A stretch of DNA of 64,000 bases, taken from assembly GCA_947476535.1 (NCBI GenBank), contig CANJRC010000002.1:2232-66231 (forward strand), written 5' to 3'. The notes under the pieces were generated by a model. It did no database searches, had not been told where the DNA came from, and worked only from the letters and a program-made list of their open reading frames with translations. This DNA comes from Betaproteobacteria bacterium. GTDB taxonomy: Bacteria; Pseudomonadota; Gammaproteobacteria; Burkholderiales; SG8-39. Made by a program: the position numbers and the translations under genes. Below, one piece after another: positions 1-8,889 of the stretch. Positions within the stretch are counted from its first letter, which is position 1; each line of letters begins with the position of its first letter.

Positions 1-936
1 GAACTCGCTCAGCTCGAACAGGATCAACAATCCCGGCTCAAAGCGCGCAATCTGGCGCGAGAGTTCCGACCCGATGGAGCCTCCTGCACCGGTGACCAGC
101 ACCGTCTTCCCGGTGATCAAGCCGTGCAAGCCCGCGTTATCCAGCACCACCTGTTCGCGGCCCAGCAGGTCTTCGATTCCCACCTTTCGAATCTGGGAGA
201 TCGACACACGTTGGCTGAGGATGTCGTCCAGCACAGGAATGGTCAACACGATCAGCCCCGAGCGCGTCGCCAGTTCCACGGCATGTCGGCGCTCGGCCGC
301 GGTGGCGGACGGCATGGCGACGATGGCGTGCCCGACGTTGTAACGCTGCTTCCAGTCGGCAATGCTGGACAAGGGCCCAAGCACACGCACGCCATTGAGC
401 AGCATGTTCCGTTTGGTTCGGTCATCGTCGAGCAGCCCGACGACACGCCACTCGGTGCTACGGAACAACTCCTTCACCAGCGATGCGGAGGCTTCCCCTG
501 CGCCGAGGATCAGCACCGGATTGCCAGTCCATCGCAGTTCACCATACAGACGGCGCTCGTTCCAGGCGCGATAGGCCAATCGACTACCTCCCATGATGAG
601 CAACAGCAGCGGGGGATGCAGGATGATGACCGAGCGCGGAATCAGTTGAACGCCAAACAGCACGATGATGGCAGTGGCGGCAAGGGCGCAGACAGCGACG
701 GCCTGCAGTATCCGCTGCAGGTCGTTCAAGGAGGCGTAACGCCACAACCCGCGATACAGACCGAAGTACCAGAACCCGACGCAGTACAGCGGGACAAGCC
801 AGAGCAATGCCCCGAAGGCTGCAGCGACATTTTCCGGTGGCATGTCCAGGTTAAAGCGCAGCCACAGCGCCAGGAGCCACGCAAGTGCGGCCGCCATCGC
901 GTCATGCAGGAAAGCAAGCAGCGAGCGCGGATTCAC
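1..936 (-). CDS. CapD/WbpM/PglF-type membrane-anchored nucleotide-sugar dehydratase (polysaccharide biosynthesis); 5' part only, gene runs off the left edge
   Basis: Absent from the ORF track because no stop lies in the window. My translation of the minus strand from GTG at 936 gives a hydrophobic N-terminus (VNPRSLLAFLHDAMAAALAWLLALWLRF...) and later ...GLITGKTVLVTGAGGSIGSELSRQIARFEPGLLILFELSEF, the Rossmann GxGGxIG motif typical of this family. The GTG overlaps the TGA of the upstream gene (GTGA). Confidence 0.8.
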   Translation of the reverse strand, partial: MNPRSLLAFLHDAMAAALAWLLALWLRFNLDMPPENVAAAFGALLWLVPLYCVGFWYFGLYRGLWRYASLNDLQRILQAVAVCALAATAIIVLFGVQLIPRSVIILHPPLLLLIMGGSRLAYRAWNERRLYGELRWTGNPVLILGAGEASASLVKELFRSTEWRVVGLLDDDRTKRNMLLNGVRVLGPLSSIADWKQRYNVGHAIVAMPSATAAERRHAVELATRSGLIVLTIPVLDDILSQRVSISQIRKVGIEDLLGREQVVLDNAGLHGLITGKTVLVTGAGGSIGSELSRQIARFEPGLLILFELSEF

Positions 937-1907
937 GGGGACGCCTTTTCTTTTTCGGCAAAGGGGCGCCAGTAGCCGTCGACGAGGTGCATCAGCATTC
1001 CATAAATGATGACCCAGGCGGCGATAGCGCCCACCTGCATGGATGCGTCTGCGGACACCGCCCATACGGCGCTCGCCCCGGTGGCCGCCATCAGGACATA
1101 TTCCGCGATCGCGGTCCGCCGATGGCTCCACCCCGCTCGCACCAGCCGTTGGTAGAAATGCTCCCGGTGCGCTTCCCACACGCGCTCACCGCGCAACGCG
1201 CGTCGGGCGAGCGTTACCGTGGCATCGACCGCGAAGGGCGAGAACACCAGCAACGGGAACCACCAGGGCCACAAACCTTTCGCGATACCGAGGATGCCGA
1301 GCATGGCAGCGAGATAGCCCAGGGGAACGGAACCCGCATCCCCGAGGAAGACCTTTGCCGGCGGAAAGTTGAAGATGAGAAAACCCAGTGCAGCAGTGGC
1401 GATGCACAGGTTGAGCGCCGCGAATTCGGTCGCGCCCTGCTGCCAGGCCAGCAGCCCATACGCGCTGAAACCGAAGAGCGCCATCCCGCCCGCAAGCCCA
1501 TCGGCGCCGTCCATGAAGTTGTAGAGATTGATGGACCAGGTGATGGCCAGCACCATGGCAATCAAGAGGAGCAAGGACATTTCGTTGACCATTCCAACGA
1601 CGAACACGACTGCTGCTGCCAGGTGCAGGGAAAACCGTAGCACGACGGGCAAGCCGCGCCGGTCATCAAAGTAAGACGCAACGGCCAACCCGACAACCGA
1701 CGCCGCCGCAAGCCAAGGGTAAGTCGGCCCCCAGAACCAGCCCACCAGCACCGCTGGCACCAACGCTAGGCCTCCGGCGCGGGGAACCACACCGCTATGC
1801 AGCGAGCGCTGATTGGGGCGATCCAGCGGCAGGAGATGCCGCCAGCGCAGCAATACAGCCAGCAGCGCGACGGTCAGGAGGAATGAAGTGGCAGGGGCTA
1901 TCAGCAT
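933..1907 (-). CDS. Glycosyltransferase family 4, polyprenyl-phosphate HexNAc-1-phosphate transferase (WbpL/WecA/MraY-like)
   Basis: 324-aa polytopic membrane ORF with NLYNFMDGADGLAGG and FLGDAGSVPLGY motifs typical of the MraY/WecA superfamily. It is translationally coupled to the CapD-like gene. Confidence 0.85.
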   Translation of the reverse strand: MLIAPATSFLLTVALLAVLLRWRHLLPLDRPNQRSLHSGVVPRAGGLALVPAVLVGWFWGPTYPWLAAASVVGLAVASYFDDRRGLPVVLRFSLHLAAAVVFVVGMVNEMSLLLLIAMVLAITWSINLYNFMDGADGLAGGMALFGFSAYGLLAWQQGATEFAALNLCIATAALGFLIFNFPPAKVFLGDAGSVPLGYLAAMLGILGIAKGLWPWWFPLLVFSPFAVDATVTLARRALRGERVWEAHREHFYQRLVRAGWSHRRTAIAEYVLMAATGASAVWAVSADASMQVGAIAAWVIIYGMLMHLVDGYWRPFAEKEKASP

Positions 1908-2089
1908 AGTTCGGGAAGGTCGAGGATCAATCTGCCACGACGCAGACGCATTATGGATGAAAAACCAACGTCGGCGGTGCTGCAGGGATATGGCGTGGAG
2001 TTGATCCTACGTTACGCCTACTGCGTGCCTTCGCCATTTGACGCAGTGCGGCCCTCACCTGAATCGTTCTGAAGGCTTAGTGAACAGCG

Positions 2090-2455
2090 TTAGACCGTCA
2101 GCGGCCGCTCCGCGGAGCGCTTCCGGTTTGGCTTCTTTACCTTGGATGGCACTCCAGGTGCCGCACGTAACCTGATCTTCAACGCCTTAATGACCTTCAG
2201 CATGGTGGAGAACTCGGGATTTCCCTCTGGAGAAAGGGCTCGATAGAGCCCTTCACGAGTGAGGCCAGTGTCGCGCGCAAGTTGCGTCATTCCCCGTGCA
2301 CGAGCGATATCGTTAAGCGCGGCACGAATCAGGTTCCCATCGCCAGCGTCGTCATCAAAACAGGCGTCAAGATAGTGCGCCATGTCTTCCTCGCTTTTGA
2401 GGTAATCCACTGCGTCCCAGCGGGTGAATTTCTCGGCCATGCTTATTCCTTCCAT
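2090..2455 (-). CDS. Addiction-module antidote protein (HigA-like XRE/HTH antitoxin)
   Basis: MAEKFTRWDAVDYLKSEEDMAHYLDACFDDDAGDGNLIRAALNDIARARGMTQLARDTGLTREGLYRALS matches my memory of the 'putative addiction module antidote' family. The real start is probably the ATG at 2440, 2 nt after the TAA of the upstream toxin remnant and preceded by AAGGAA. Confidence 0.8.
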   Translation of the reverse strand: MEGISMAEKFTRWDAVDYLKSEEDMAHYLDACFDDDAGDGNLIRAALNDIARARGMTQLARDTGLTREGLYRALSPEGNPEFSTMLKVIKALKIRLRAAPGVPSKVKKPNRKRSAERPLTV

Positions 2456-2703
2456 TCCCTTGAAACTGCGATCGCCCGCTTGATGTCGGCATCCTGCGTG
2501 CGCTTGTCCTCACCGGCCAACAACACGATGAGGACAACTCCTCGCTGCATGAAGTACAAGCGGTATCCAGGCCCGTGATCGATTCGCATCTCACTGATCC
2601 CTTCGCGCACTGGCTTGGCGTCGCCAAAACCACCAGACTCCGACAGGCGACGAATCCTCGCGTTTATCCGGGCGACGGCGTGCCGATCCTTCAGCTTGCC
2701 CCT
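2443..2703 (-). pseudogene. 5'-truncated addiction-module killer protein (RelE/ParE-superfamily, HigB-like) remnant
   Basis: Not in the track. My translation is RGKLKDRHAVARINARIRRLSESGGFGDAKPVREGISEMRIDHGPGYRLYFMQRGVVLIVLLAGEDKRTQDADIKRAIAVSREWKE*. This is typical of the killer partner but lacks roughly the first 12-15 residues and any start. An in-frame TGA lies at 2704-2706, immediately after the fic stop (TGA TCT TGA). Confidence 0.65.
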
Positions 2704-2709
2704 TCAAGA

Positions 2710-3828
2710 TCAGGATCGAGAAAGCTCGTAGGCGGTGCTGCGGCCACCTTCCGGCGTCTTCGTCAAAACGCCGAGTGTCACCAGCTCGTTGATGTCGCGC
2801 AGTGCGGTGTCGGGGGAACACTTGGCAACGGCGGCCCACTTGCTGCTGGTAAGTTTGCCCTCGAAACCATCGAGCAAGCGGTTGAGCAACTTGATCTGCC
2901 GCTCGTTCATTGGCGTGCCGGCCCAGCGTTGCCAGAAGTTCGCCCTCACCATGACGGCAGAAAGTGTCACCTCTGCACCCTGCATCGCGCGCAACAGGCA
3001 ACCCAGGAACCATGCAAGCCAGTCCGTTACGTCGAGCGAGCCCTTCTGGGTGCGTTCCAGCATGTCATAGTAGTCCTTGCGTTCACGCTGGATCTGCGCC
3101 GACAGACTGTAGAACCGCTGCGGCGATTGATCGGCACGAGCCAGTGCCATATCCCCGACCGCTCTGGCAATACGACCGTTACCATCGTCGAAAGGGTGGA
3201 TCGTCACGAACCAGAGATGCGCGAGGCCTGCCCTGACCACTGAATCGTCTTTCTGGTCGACGTTGAACCATAATAAAAGGTCCGACATCTCGGCATTCAG
3301 TAAATGGGCGGGCGGCGCTTCGAAGTGCACCTTCTGCCGGCCCACCGGACCGGACACAACCTGCATCGGACCGCTTGAGTCGTCGCGCCAGCGTCCGGTG
3401 CGAATTTGCACCATGCCGCTATAACCAGTCGGGAAAAGCGCGGCATGCCAACCAAACAATCGCTCCGGCGTGAGTGCCTGGTGATGATTCGTGGTCGCAT
3501 CGAGCACCATGTCCACAACACCATCGACGTGCCGGTCGGCGGGCGCTAAGGCCCCGATATCCACGCCCAGGCGCCGGGCGATCGAGGAGCGGACTGCGTC
3601 AGGGTTGAGATGTTCGCCTTCGATCTCGCTGGTTTTGACCACGTCCTCGGTCAAGACCAGCAAGGTGGCCTGCTCGCGCAGTCCAAGCCCCAGAGTCTGC
3701 ATCCGGCCGAGCAGATTGCCTTGCGCGCGGTGAACCTGGCCGAGCAGCCCCATCAGCTGCTGGACGTCATAACGCCAGTGCGGCCAGTCTTGTTGCTGCC
3801 AGATGTAAGGATTTTCTCCGCTTTTCAT
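2710..3828 (-). CDS. Fic family protein (AMPylase-type Fido domain with C-terminal winged-helix)
   Basis: Contains the Fic active-site motif HPFDDGNGRIARAV. An N-terminal TSEIEG matches the (S/T)xxxE(G/N) autoinhibitory helix of class II Fic. The C-terminus (CSPDTALRDINELVTLGVL) is wHTH-like. Confidence 0.9.
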   Translation of the reverse strand: MKSGENPYIWQQQDWPHWRYDVQQLMGLLGQVHRAQGNLLGRMQTLGLGLREQATLLVLTEDVVKTSEIEGEHLNPDAVRSSIARRLGVDIGALAPADRHVDGVVDMVLDATTNHHQALTPERLFGWHAALFPTGYSGMVQIRTGRWRDDSSGPMQVVSGPVGRQKVHFEAPPAHLLNAEMSDLLLWFNVDQKDDSVVRAGLAHLWFVTIHPFDDGNGRIARAVGDMALARADQSPQRFYSLSAQIQRERKDYYDMLERTQKGSLDVTDWLAWFLGCLLRAMQGAEVTLSAVMVRANFWQRWAGTPMNERQIKLLNRLLDGFEGKLTSSKWAAVAKCSPDTALRDINELVTLGVLTKTPEGGRSTAYELSRS

Positions 3829-3834
3829 GCGGTG

Positions 3835-3863
3835 ATTATGCCCGCCATTCTCCGCAAGGGCAA
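3835..3863 (-). promoter_or_regulatory. Sigma-70-like promoter of fic, positioned for a leaderless transcript
   Basis: The minus strand reads TTGCCC-17 nt-CATAAT-caccgc-ATG. No Shine-Dalgarno is visible. GCGGAGAA direct repeats lie at 3848-3855, 3868-3875 and inside codons 3-5 (3814-3821). Confidence 0.4.
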
Positions 3864-3885
3864 TATATTCTCCGCACTTATTGCA

Positions 3886-4104
3886 TCAAATACAGGGAGT
3901 TTTCGCAGCAAGCGACTCGCCGAAGAGTGCCGCTGCCTCACGAGGATCGTGTGTCCCTAATGACTTACGAATCTCAGCCTTTCCTATGGTTCCCTGAAGC
4001 CATGCAGGGACAAGGAAACGGAAGTAGTAGACATCATGCCTACTCTTGTAGAGATGTGGGAAGAAATGCATAGCGCCTCCAAACTGGATCACTTTGTGAA
4101 TCAC
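3886..4104 (-). pseudogene. N-terminal fragment of a tyrosine integrase (phage/island type)
   Basis: The 72-aa ORF ...[46 protein letters not shown] resembles the conserved N-terminal arm of tRNA-targeting integrases (xYYFRxxVPxxLxxxxGKxEIxxSLxTxDxxEA). It stops after about 70 codons, 53 nt from the tRNA 3' end. No catalytic domain is present. Confidence 0.6.
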
Positions 4105-4157
4105 CAGTCCAAAGACGCTGTAATCGTTACCCGTCAGAACAACAGGTTAGAGGTAAA

Positions 4158-4233
<76 letters not shown>

Positions 4234-4339
4234 ACGGCAATGCGAATTTTACTCCCAAGACCCGTTGGCGAACAATGCACCTCCCAATCGACTCGATAGG
4301 CCCCACGCTATGATGCGCGTCTTACATCGAGGAACCCCC

Positions 4340-5125
4340 ATGCAGATCAATCCGCCCTTCGGCTACCAGAAGATCATCCCGCTTTACCGGAACACCAAGA
4401 TTCGGCTGCCCGCCGCGGGCGAGCTGCCTGCGTTTGTGCAGGCGACCAATGCGGTACCGGTGAGTTACGCCGAGTTCGCCGTAGCCTGTCGCGACTACCC
4501 GCTGACCTTCGTCACCACCGACAACGGCAAGAGCTTTTCGCCGGTGGCCATCATCGGGATTGCCGGGAGCGAGAACCTGTTTCTTCGGGATGGGCAGTGG
4601 GACAAGTCGGCGTACCTGCCGGCCTACATCCGGCGCTACCCGTTCTGCATGGCGCGGGTAACGCTGGAAGGCCAGGAGCAGGCCGACCGCCTCGTGTGCA
4701 TCGAGGAGGCCTTCCTGTCCGATGCCGGCGAGGCCATGTTCGATGAGGCGGGCAATCCGTTGCCGCGCTGGGAGGCAACCGGCAAATTGCTGGAAGAATT
4801 CGAGCGCGACCTGGAGCGCACCCGCGAGATGAGCGGCATTCTGGCCGACTTCGGCCTGCTCGAGCCCTTCACGGTGCAGGCGGTGCTGGAAGGCGCGCAG
4901 CCGATGAACCTGGGTGGCATGTTCCGCGTGGACGAGAAAAAGCTGGAGTTCCTGAACGCCGCCCAGCACAAGACCTTGATCCGCAAGGGCATCATGGGGC
5001 GCATCTATGCACACCTGATTTCACTAGAAAACTTTGCCAGGCTGCTGGCCCGCAAGGGGGAACGCAACGCCGCTGCAGCGAGCACCGCTCAAACCGCGCA
5101 GCTCGCAGAGCCGTCCACTTTTTAG
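4340..5125 (+). CDS. SapC family protein
   Basis: MQINPPFGYQKIIPLYRN...AVPVSYAEFAVACRDYPLTFV...YLPAYIRRYPF resembles the SapC family. The start was trimmed to the ATG at 4340, preceded by GAGGAA; the track ORF starts at a TTG at 4265. Confidence 0.75.
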   Translation: MQINPPFGYQKIIPLYRNTKIRLPAAGELPAFVQATNAVPVSYAEFAVACRDYPLTFVTTDNGKSFSPVAIIGIAGSENLFLRDGQWDKSAYLPAYIRRYPFCMARVTLEGQEQADRLVCIEEAFLSDAGEAMFDEAGNPLPRWEATGKLLEEFERDLERTREMSGILADFGLLEPFTVQAVLEGAQPMNLGGMFRVDEKKLEFLNAAQHKTLIRKGIMGRIYAHLISLENFARLLARKGERNAAAASTAQTAQLAEPSTF

Positions 5126-5173
5126 CCTTGCCGCCACACTCGCGAAGCAGCCAGTGCGATCCTGAACTAAACA

Positions 5174-5203
5174 GCGCGGCCGAGCCTGCGTAGCAGGCCG
5201 CGC
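5174..5203 (-). terminator. GC-rich hairpin between convergent SapC and tsaC; candidate tsaC terminator
   Basis: GCGCG..GCCTGC-GTA-GCAGGC-CGCGC stem-loop, followed on the minus strand by TGTTTAGTT. Confidence 0.4.
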
Positions 5204-5214
5204 GATCCCCCCAA

Positions 5215-6225
5215 CTACTCGGAAACAGCCCGCCGCAACCTGTCGAGTACCCCGGCCCAGGCCGGCGTCTCCGGCGGCATTTCGACCAGGATTACATCGG
5301 CACCCGCCGCATCGAGCGTGCGCAGGTTGGCGTAGAGCGTGCGCGAATACTCGGCCGCCACCGCGGGCTCCACGATGAGCAAGGCCTGCGGCAGCCGCGG
5401 CACGGCGACTTCCATGGCCAGCGCCGCAATGCGCTTGCCCTTGTGCGTGGTCAGGGCCTCAATCATGCCGGTGCGCTTCAGGAGGCGCACCTTCGCGCGT
5501 GGCGAATAGTGTCGATGCAACGCGCCGGGGACCCGGGGAGCGTCCTCTCCCGGCGCCGCCAGCACAACTTCAGCGGCGGATTCCAGTTGCGCGGCCGTGA
5601 TGCGCCCGGGGCGCAGTATGGCCGGTTGCTCGCCGGAGCAATCGACGATGGTCGACTCGATCCCCACGTCGCAGGGGCCACCGTCCAGGATGGCATCCAC
5701 ATCGGCACCCAGGTCGGCGTGCACATGTTCGGCGCAGGTCGGGCTGACGCGGCCAAAGCGGTTGGCCGATGGCGCCGCAATTCCACCGCCGAAGGCGTGC
5801 AGCAGCTCCTTGGCAATCGGATGGGAGGGAACGCGCAGGCCGACCGTATCCTGGCCGCCGGTAACGGCGTCGGACACCCCTTCGGCGCGCTTGAGCACCA
5901 GCGTCAGCGGCCCCGGCCAGAAAGCCTTGGCCAGTTTCCTTGCGTAGTCAGGAATTTCGCGCGCCCACTGGTCGATCTGGGCGGCCGCGCCGATGTGCAC
6001 GATCACCGGATGCTTGGCGGGCCGGCCCTTGACCTTGTAGAGCCGAGCCATGGCCTCGGGGTTGCGCGCATCGGCGCCCAGGCCGTAGACGGTCTCGGTC
6101 GGAAACCCGGCCAGCCCGCCGCGGCGCAGCACCTCGACCGCCTCTTCGACGGTGGCGAAGGCCGGGGCAAGCGCTGTTGCGGCCTTTGGCGCGCTTTCGG
6201 GAAGCTCGGCGGCGGTGGCTTCCAC
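5215..6225 (-). CDS. tsaC: L-threonylcarbamoyladenylate synthase, Sua5-type (YrdC domain plus Sua5 C-terminal domain)
   Basis: FPTETVYGLGADA and SANRFGRVSPT motifs, with a roughly 120-aa C-terminal extension. The GTG start overlaps the purE TAG by 1 nt. Confidence 0.85.
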   Translation of the reverse strand: MEATAAELPESAPKAATALAPAFATVEEAVEVLRRGGLAGFPTETVYGLGADARNPEAMARLYKVKGRPAKHPVIVHIGAAAQIDQWAREIPDYARKLAKAFWPGPLTLVLKRAEGVSDAVTGGQDTVGLRVPSHPIAKELLHAFGGGIAAPSANRFGRVSPTCAEHVHADLGADVDAILDGGPCDVGIESTIVDCSGEQPAILRPGRITAAQLESAAEVVLAAPGEDAPRVPGALHRHYSPRAKVRLLKRTGMIEALTTHKGKRIAALAMEVAVPRLPQALLIVEPAVAAEYSRTLYANLRTLDAAGADVILVEMPPETPAWAGVLDRLRRAVSE

Positions 6226-6719
6226 TATTCCGGAAGCTTTGCGGCGAGCACGGCCTTGGTCTGGCGTTCGCGGAATTCTTCGAGCTTGCGCGCCATCGTG
6301 GCGTCACTCAGTGCCAGCATGGCCACGGCAAAGAGGGCTGCATTGGCGGCGCCCGCCTCACCGATGGCGAAGGTGGCCACCGGGATGCCCTTGGGCATCT
6401 GCACCATGGAGAGCAGCGAATCCAGTCCCTGGAGGTGTTTCGAGGGCACGGGCACGCCGAGCACCGGCAAGGTCGTCTTGGCTGCCACGACGCCCGCCAG
6501 GTGGGCGGCGCCACCGGCCGCAGCGATGAAACACTTCACGCCGTGCTTTTCCGAGGTCTCGATCCATTCATTGAGTGCATCGGGCGTGCGGTGCGCTGAG
6601 AGTGCGCGCGCCTCGTACGGGATACCGAACTCCTTCAACAGGTGCGCCGCGGGCTCCATCATGCCCCAGTCGCTGGTGCTGCCCATGACGATGCCGACGA
6701 GCGGTCGAGTTCTGGCCAT
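6225..6719 (-). CDS. purE: N5-carboxyaminoimidazole ribonucleotide mutase
   Basis: VGIVMGSTSDW...AGGAAHLAGVVAA...LPVLGVPV is a classic PurE signature. The ATG overlaps the purC TAA (TAATG). Confidence 0.93.
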   Translation of the reverse strand: MARTRPLVGIVMGSTSDWGMMEPAAHLLKEFGIPYEARALSAHRTPDALNEWIETSEKHGVKCFIAAAGGAAHLAGVVAAKTTLPVLGVPVPSKHLQGLDSLLSMVQMPKGIPVATFAIGEAGAANAALFAVAMLALSDATMARKLEEFRERQTKAVLAAKLPE

Positions 6720-7621
6720 TACGCGTCCTCCAGGTCACGGCCGGTGATGCGCTTGAGCGCCTCCCGGTATTTCTCGGCGGTTTTGGCGATGACCTCAGCC
6801 GGCAACCGCGGCGCCGGCGGCTTCTTGTTCCAGTCGAGCGTCTCCAGATAGTCGCGCACGTACTGCTTGTCGAACGACGGCGGGCTGGAGTCCGGCCGGT
6901 ATTGGTCGGCCGGCCAGAAACGCGATGAATCCGCAGTCAAAATTTCGTCGATCAGCACCAGCGTGCCGGCGTCGTCGAGGCCGAATTCGAACTTGGTGTC
7001 GGCGATGATGATGCCGCGCTCGCGGGCGTAATCGGCCGCCTCGCGATACAGGCGGATGCTCACGTCACGCACCTTTGCCGCCATCGCGGCGCCGACGCGC
7101 GCCTCCACATCGGCGAAGGAAATGTTCTCGTCATGCTCGCCGACGTCCGCCTTGCTCGAGGGTGTGAAGATGATCTCGGGCAGCTTGTCGGCCTGCCGCA
7201 GGCCCTTGGGCAGCGGAATGCCGCAGACGGCGCCCGACTTCTGGTAGTCCTTCCACCCGGAACCGATGAGATAACCCCGCACCACGGCTTCAATCGGCAG
7301 CGGCTTGAGGCGCTTCACGACAACGGCGCGCCCCTTCACCTGGTTGACCTCGTCGGCGCCCTTCACCACGGATTCGGGAGCGATCCCCGTGAGGTGGTTG
7401 GGCACCACATGCGCGAGCTTCTGGAACCAGAAATTGGCCATGGAGTTGAGTACCTGCCCCTTGCCGGGGATGGGGTCGTCGAGCACCACGTCGAAGGCCG
7501 ACAGGCGATCGCTGGTCACGATCAGCAAGTGCTTGTCGTCCACCGCATACATGTCGCGCACCTTGCCGCGGGTGAGGAACGGCAGGCTCTTGATCGAGGA
7601 TGCTAAAAGGGTCGTTGCCAC
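6719..7621 (-). CDS. purC: Phosphoribosylaminoimidazole-succinocarboxamide (SAICAR) synthase
   Basis: 300 aa. [13 protein letters not shown]...TSDRLSAFD...ADTKFEFG motifs of long-form PurC. Confidence 0.92.
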   Translation of the reverse strand: MATTLLASSIKSLPFLTRGKVRDMYAVDDKHLLIVTSDRLSAFDVVLDDPIPGKGQVLNSMANFWFQKLAHVVPNHLTGIAPESVVKGADEVNQVKGRAVVVKRLKPLPIEAVVRGYLIGSGWKDYQKSGAVCGIPLPKGLRQADKLPEIIFTPSSKADVGEHDENISFADVEARVGAAMAAKVRDVSIRLYREAADYARERGIIIADTKFEFGLDDAGTLVLIDEILTADSSRFWPADQYRPDSSPPSFDKQYVRDYLETLDWNKKPPAPRLPAEVIAKTAEKYREALKRITGRDLEDA

Positions 7622-7754
7622 GCTGTGCTTCCGTCAGATGCGCCGCCCCTTGGGGCGACAATTATGATCAAAATGGCTGTTGACACGCCGGGCCGAAGAC
7701 TCTGGCAGCCTGAATATGATCAACGCCTTGAACGGTCTCCCGCCTTCGCCGCGT

Positions 7755-8777
7755 TCAGGCGGCCTTCTTCTCCAGCTCCCCGCGATACTGCCCCACCGCG
7801 GCCAGCCCGTTCATGCGCGCGCGATGCGCGAAGGCCGCCTGGGCCGCGGCAACGTTCGCGGATGTGCCCTTCCAGGTCTTCAGCGCCGCCGCCTGCAAAG
7901 CGCGCCCATAGGAAAACGACAGCGTCCAGGGTCCGCCACCCAGGCGGTTCATGGCATCCAGGTGCGCGGTGGCCACGGCGTCGCGCTGCCCGCCCGAGAG
8001 AAATGCAATGCCGGGCACCGCGGACGGCACCGTGCGCTTCAACACCGTGAGCGTGCGCTCGGCCACTTCCTTGACACCGGCCTGGGCCGCGCAATCCTTG
8101 CCCGAAATCACCATGGAGGGCTTGAGGATCATGTGCTCAAGCACCACGCGCTGGTTGTAGAGGGCGTCGAACACCGCGCTGAGGGTCCATTCGGTGATCT
8201 CGTGGCACTGCTCGATGGTATGGCCACCGTCCATCAGCACTTCGGGCTCAACAATGGGCACCAGGCCCTGCTCCTGGCAAATGGCGGCATAGCGCGCCAG
8301 GGCATGCGCGTTGGCCCAGATGCAGGTGGCCGAGGGTATGCCTTGTCCAATGGTGATGACGGCGCGCCATTTGGCGAAGCGCGCGCCCAGCTTGTAGTAC
8401 TCGGCGCAGCGCGCGGAGAGTCCGTCGAGCCCCTCGGTGACCGTCTCGCCCGAGCAAAATGCCAGGGGCTTAGCGCCGGTATCGACCTTGATGCCGGGGA
8501 TCACGCCCTGGCTTGCCAGCAACTTCGGGAAAGGCGTGCCGTCAGGTGCGTGCTGGCGCAGGGTCTCGTCGTAGAGGATCACGCCGCTGATGGATTCGCC
8601 GAAATTAGGCGCAGTAAACAGCATGTTGCGGTAATCGCGGCGGTTCTCCTCGGTGTTCTTGACACCGATGCTGTCGAAACGCTTTCCAATGGTGCCCGTT
8701 GACTCATCGGCAGCCAGGATTCCCTTGCCCTTGGCAACCATTGCCTTGGCGGTCTGCACCAGTTCGGCAGCGCTCAT
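7755..8777 (-). CDS. fba: Fructose-bisphosphate aldolase, class I
   Basis: GKGILAADESTGTIGKRF...PGIKVDTG...LKPSMV (Schiff-base Lys context)...FLSGGQ. The start was trimmed to the ATG at 8777, preceded by GGAGGG. The track ORF extends to 8924, overlapping pyk. Confidence 0.9.
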   Translation of the reverse strand: MSAAELVQTAKAMVAKGKGILAADESTGTIGKRFDSIGVKNTEENRRDYRNMLFTAPNFGESISGVILYDETLRQHAPDGTPFPKLLASQGVIPGIKVDTGAKPLAFCSGETVTEGLDGLSARCAEYYKLGARFAKWRAVITIGQGIPSATCIWANAHALARYAAICQEQGLVPIVEPEVLMDGGHTIEQCHEITEWTLSAVFDALYNQRVVLEHMILKPSMVISGKDCAAQAGVKEVAERTLTVLKRTVPSAVPGIAFLSGGQRDAVATAHLDAMNRLGGGPWTLSFSYGRALQAAALKTWKGTSANVAAAQAAFAHRARMNGLAAVGQYRGELEKKAA

Positions 8778-8889
8778 ACCTACCCTCCAGATGACGTCGT
8801 TGGTCGATTGACAGAAGTCGCGGATTTTACCGGTTCCGCCCCGTAAAAACCATCGCGGAACGCGCCGGGGGAAGCCCCAAAAACAGGAC

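Larger units (their letters stand above)
1908..4157. mobile_element. Decayed genomic islet downstream of the tRNA-Ala 3' end (integrase stub, fic, truncated toxin, antitoxin)
   Basis: A tRNA gene is directly followed by an N-terminal tyrosine-integrase fragment and accessory genes. GC is visibly lower around 3830-4150. The left boundary is uncertain; only a weak match to the tRNA 3' end is seen at 1918-1932. Confidence 0.45.

Noticed and set aside
1918-1932. Possible distal att repeat of the tRNA-Ala 3' end (GGTCGAGGATCAATC vs GTCGAGGAGGATCGAAC).
   Set aside because: Only about 8 contiguous matches, plus scattered ones after allowing a 3-nt gap. That is too weak to call an island boundary without a comparative empty site.
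7661-7727. Recurring TATGATCA(AAAT) motif: 7663 and 7715 upstream of purC, and 54535 and 54546 upstream of the AstE-like gene. The 12-mer TATGATCAAAAT is shared.
   Set aside because: On the coding strand it reads TTGATCATAAT or TTGATCATAGA, which looks like ordinary extended -10 promoter sequence in AT-rich spacers. Two loci are too few to claim a regulon motif. A genome-wide motif search is worthwhile but nothing is supported here.
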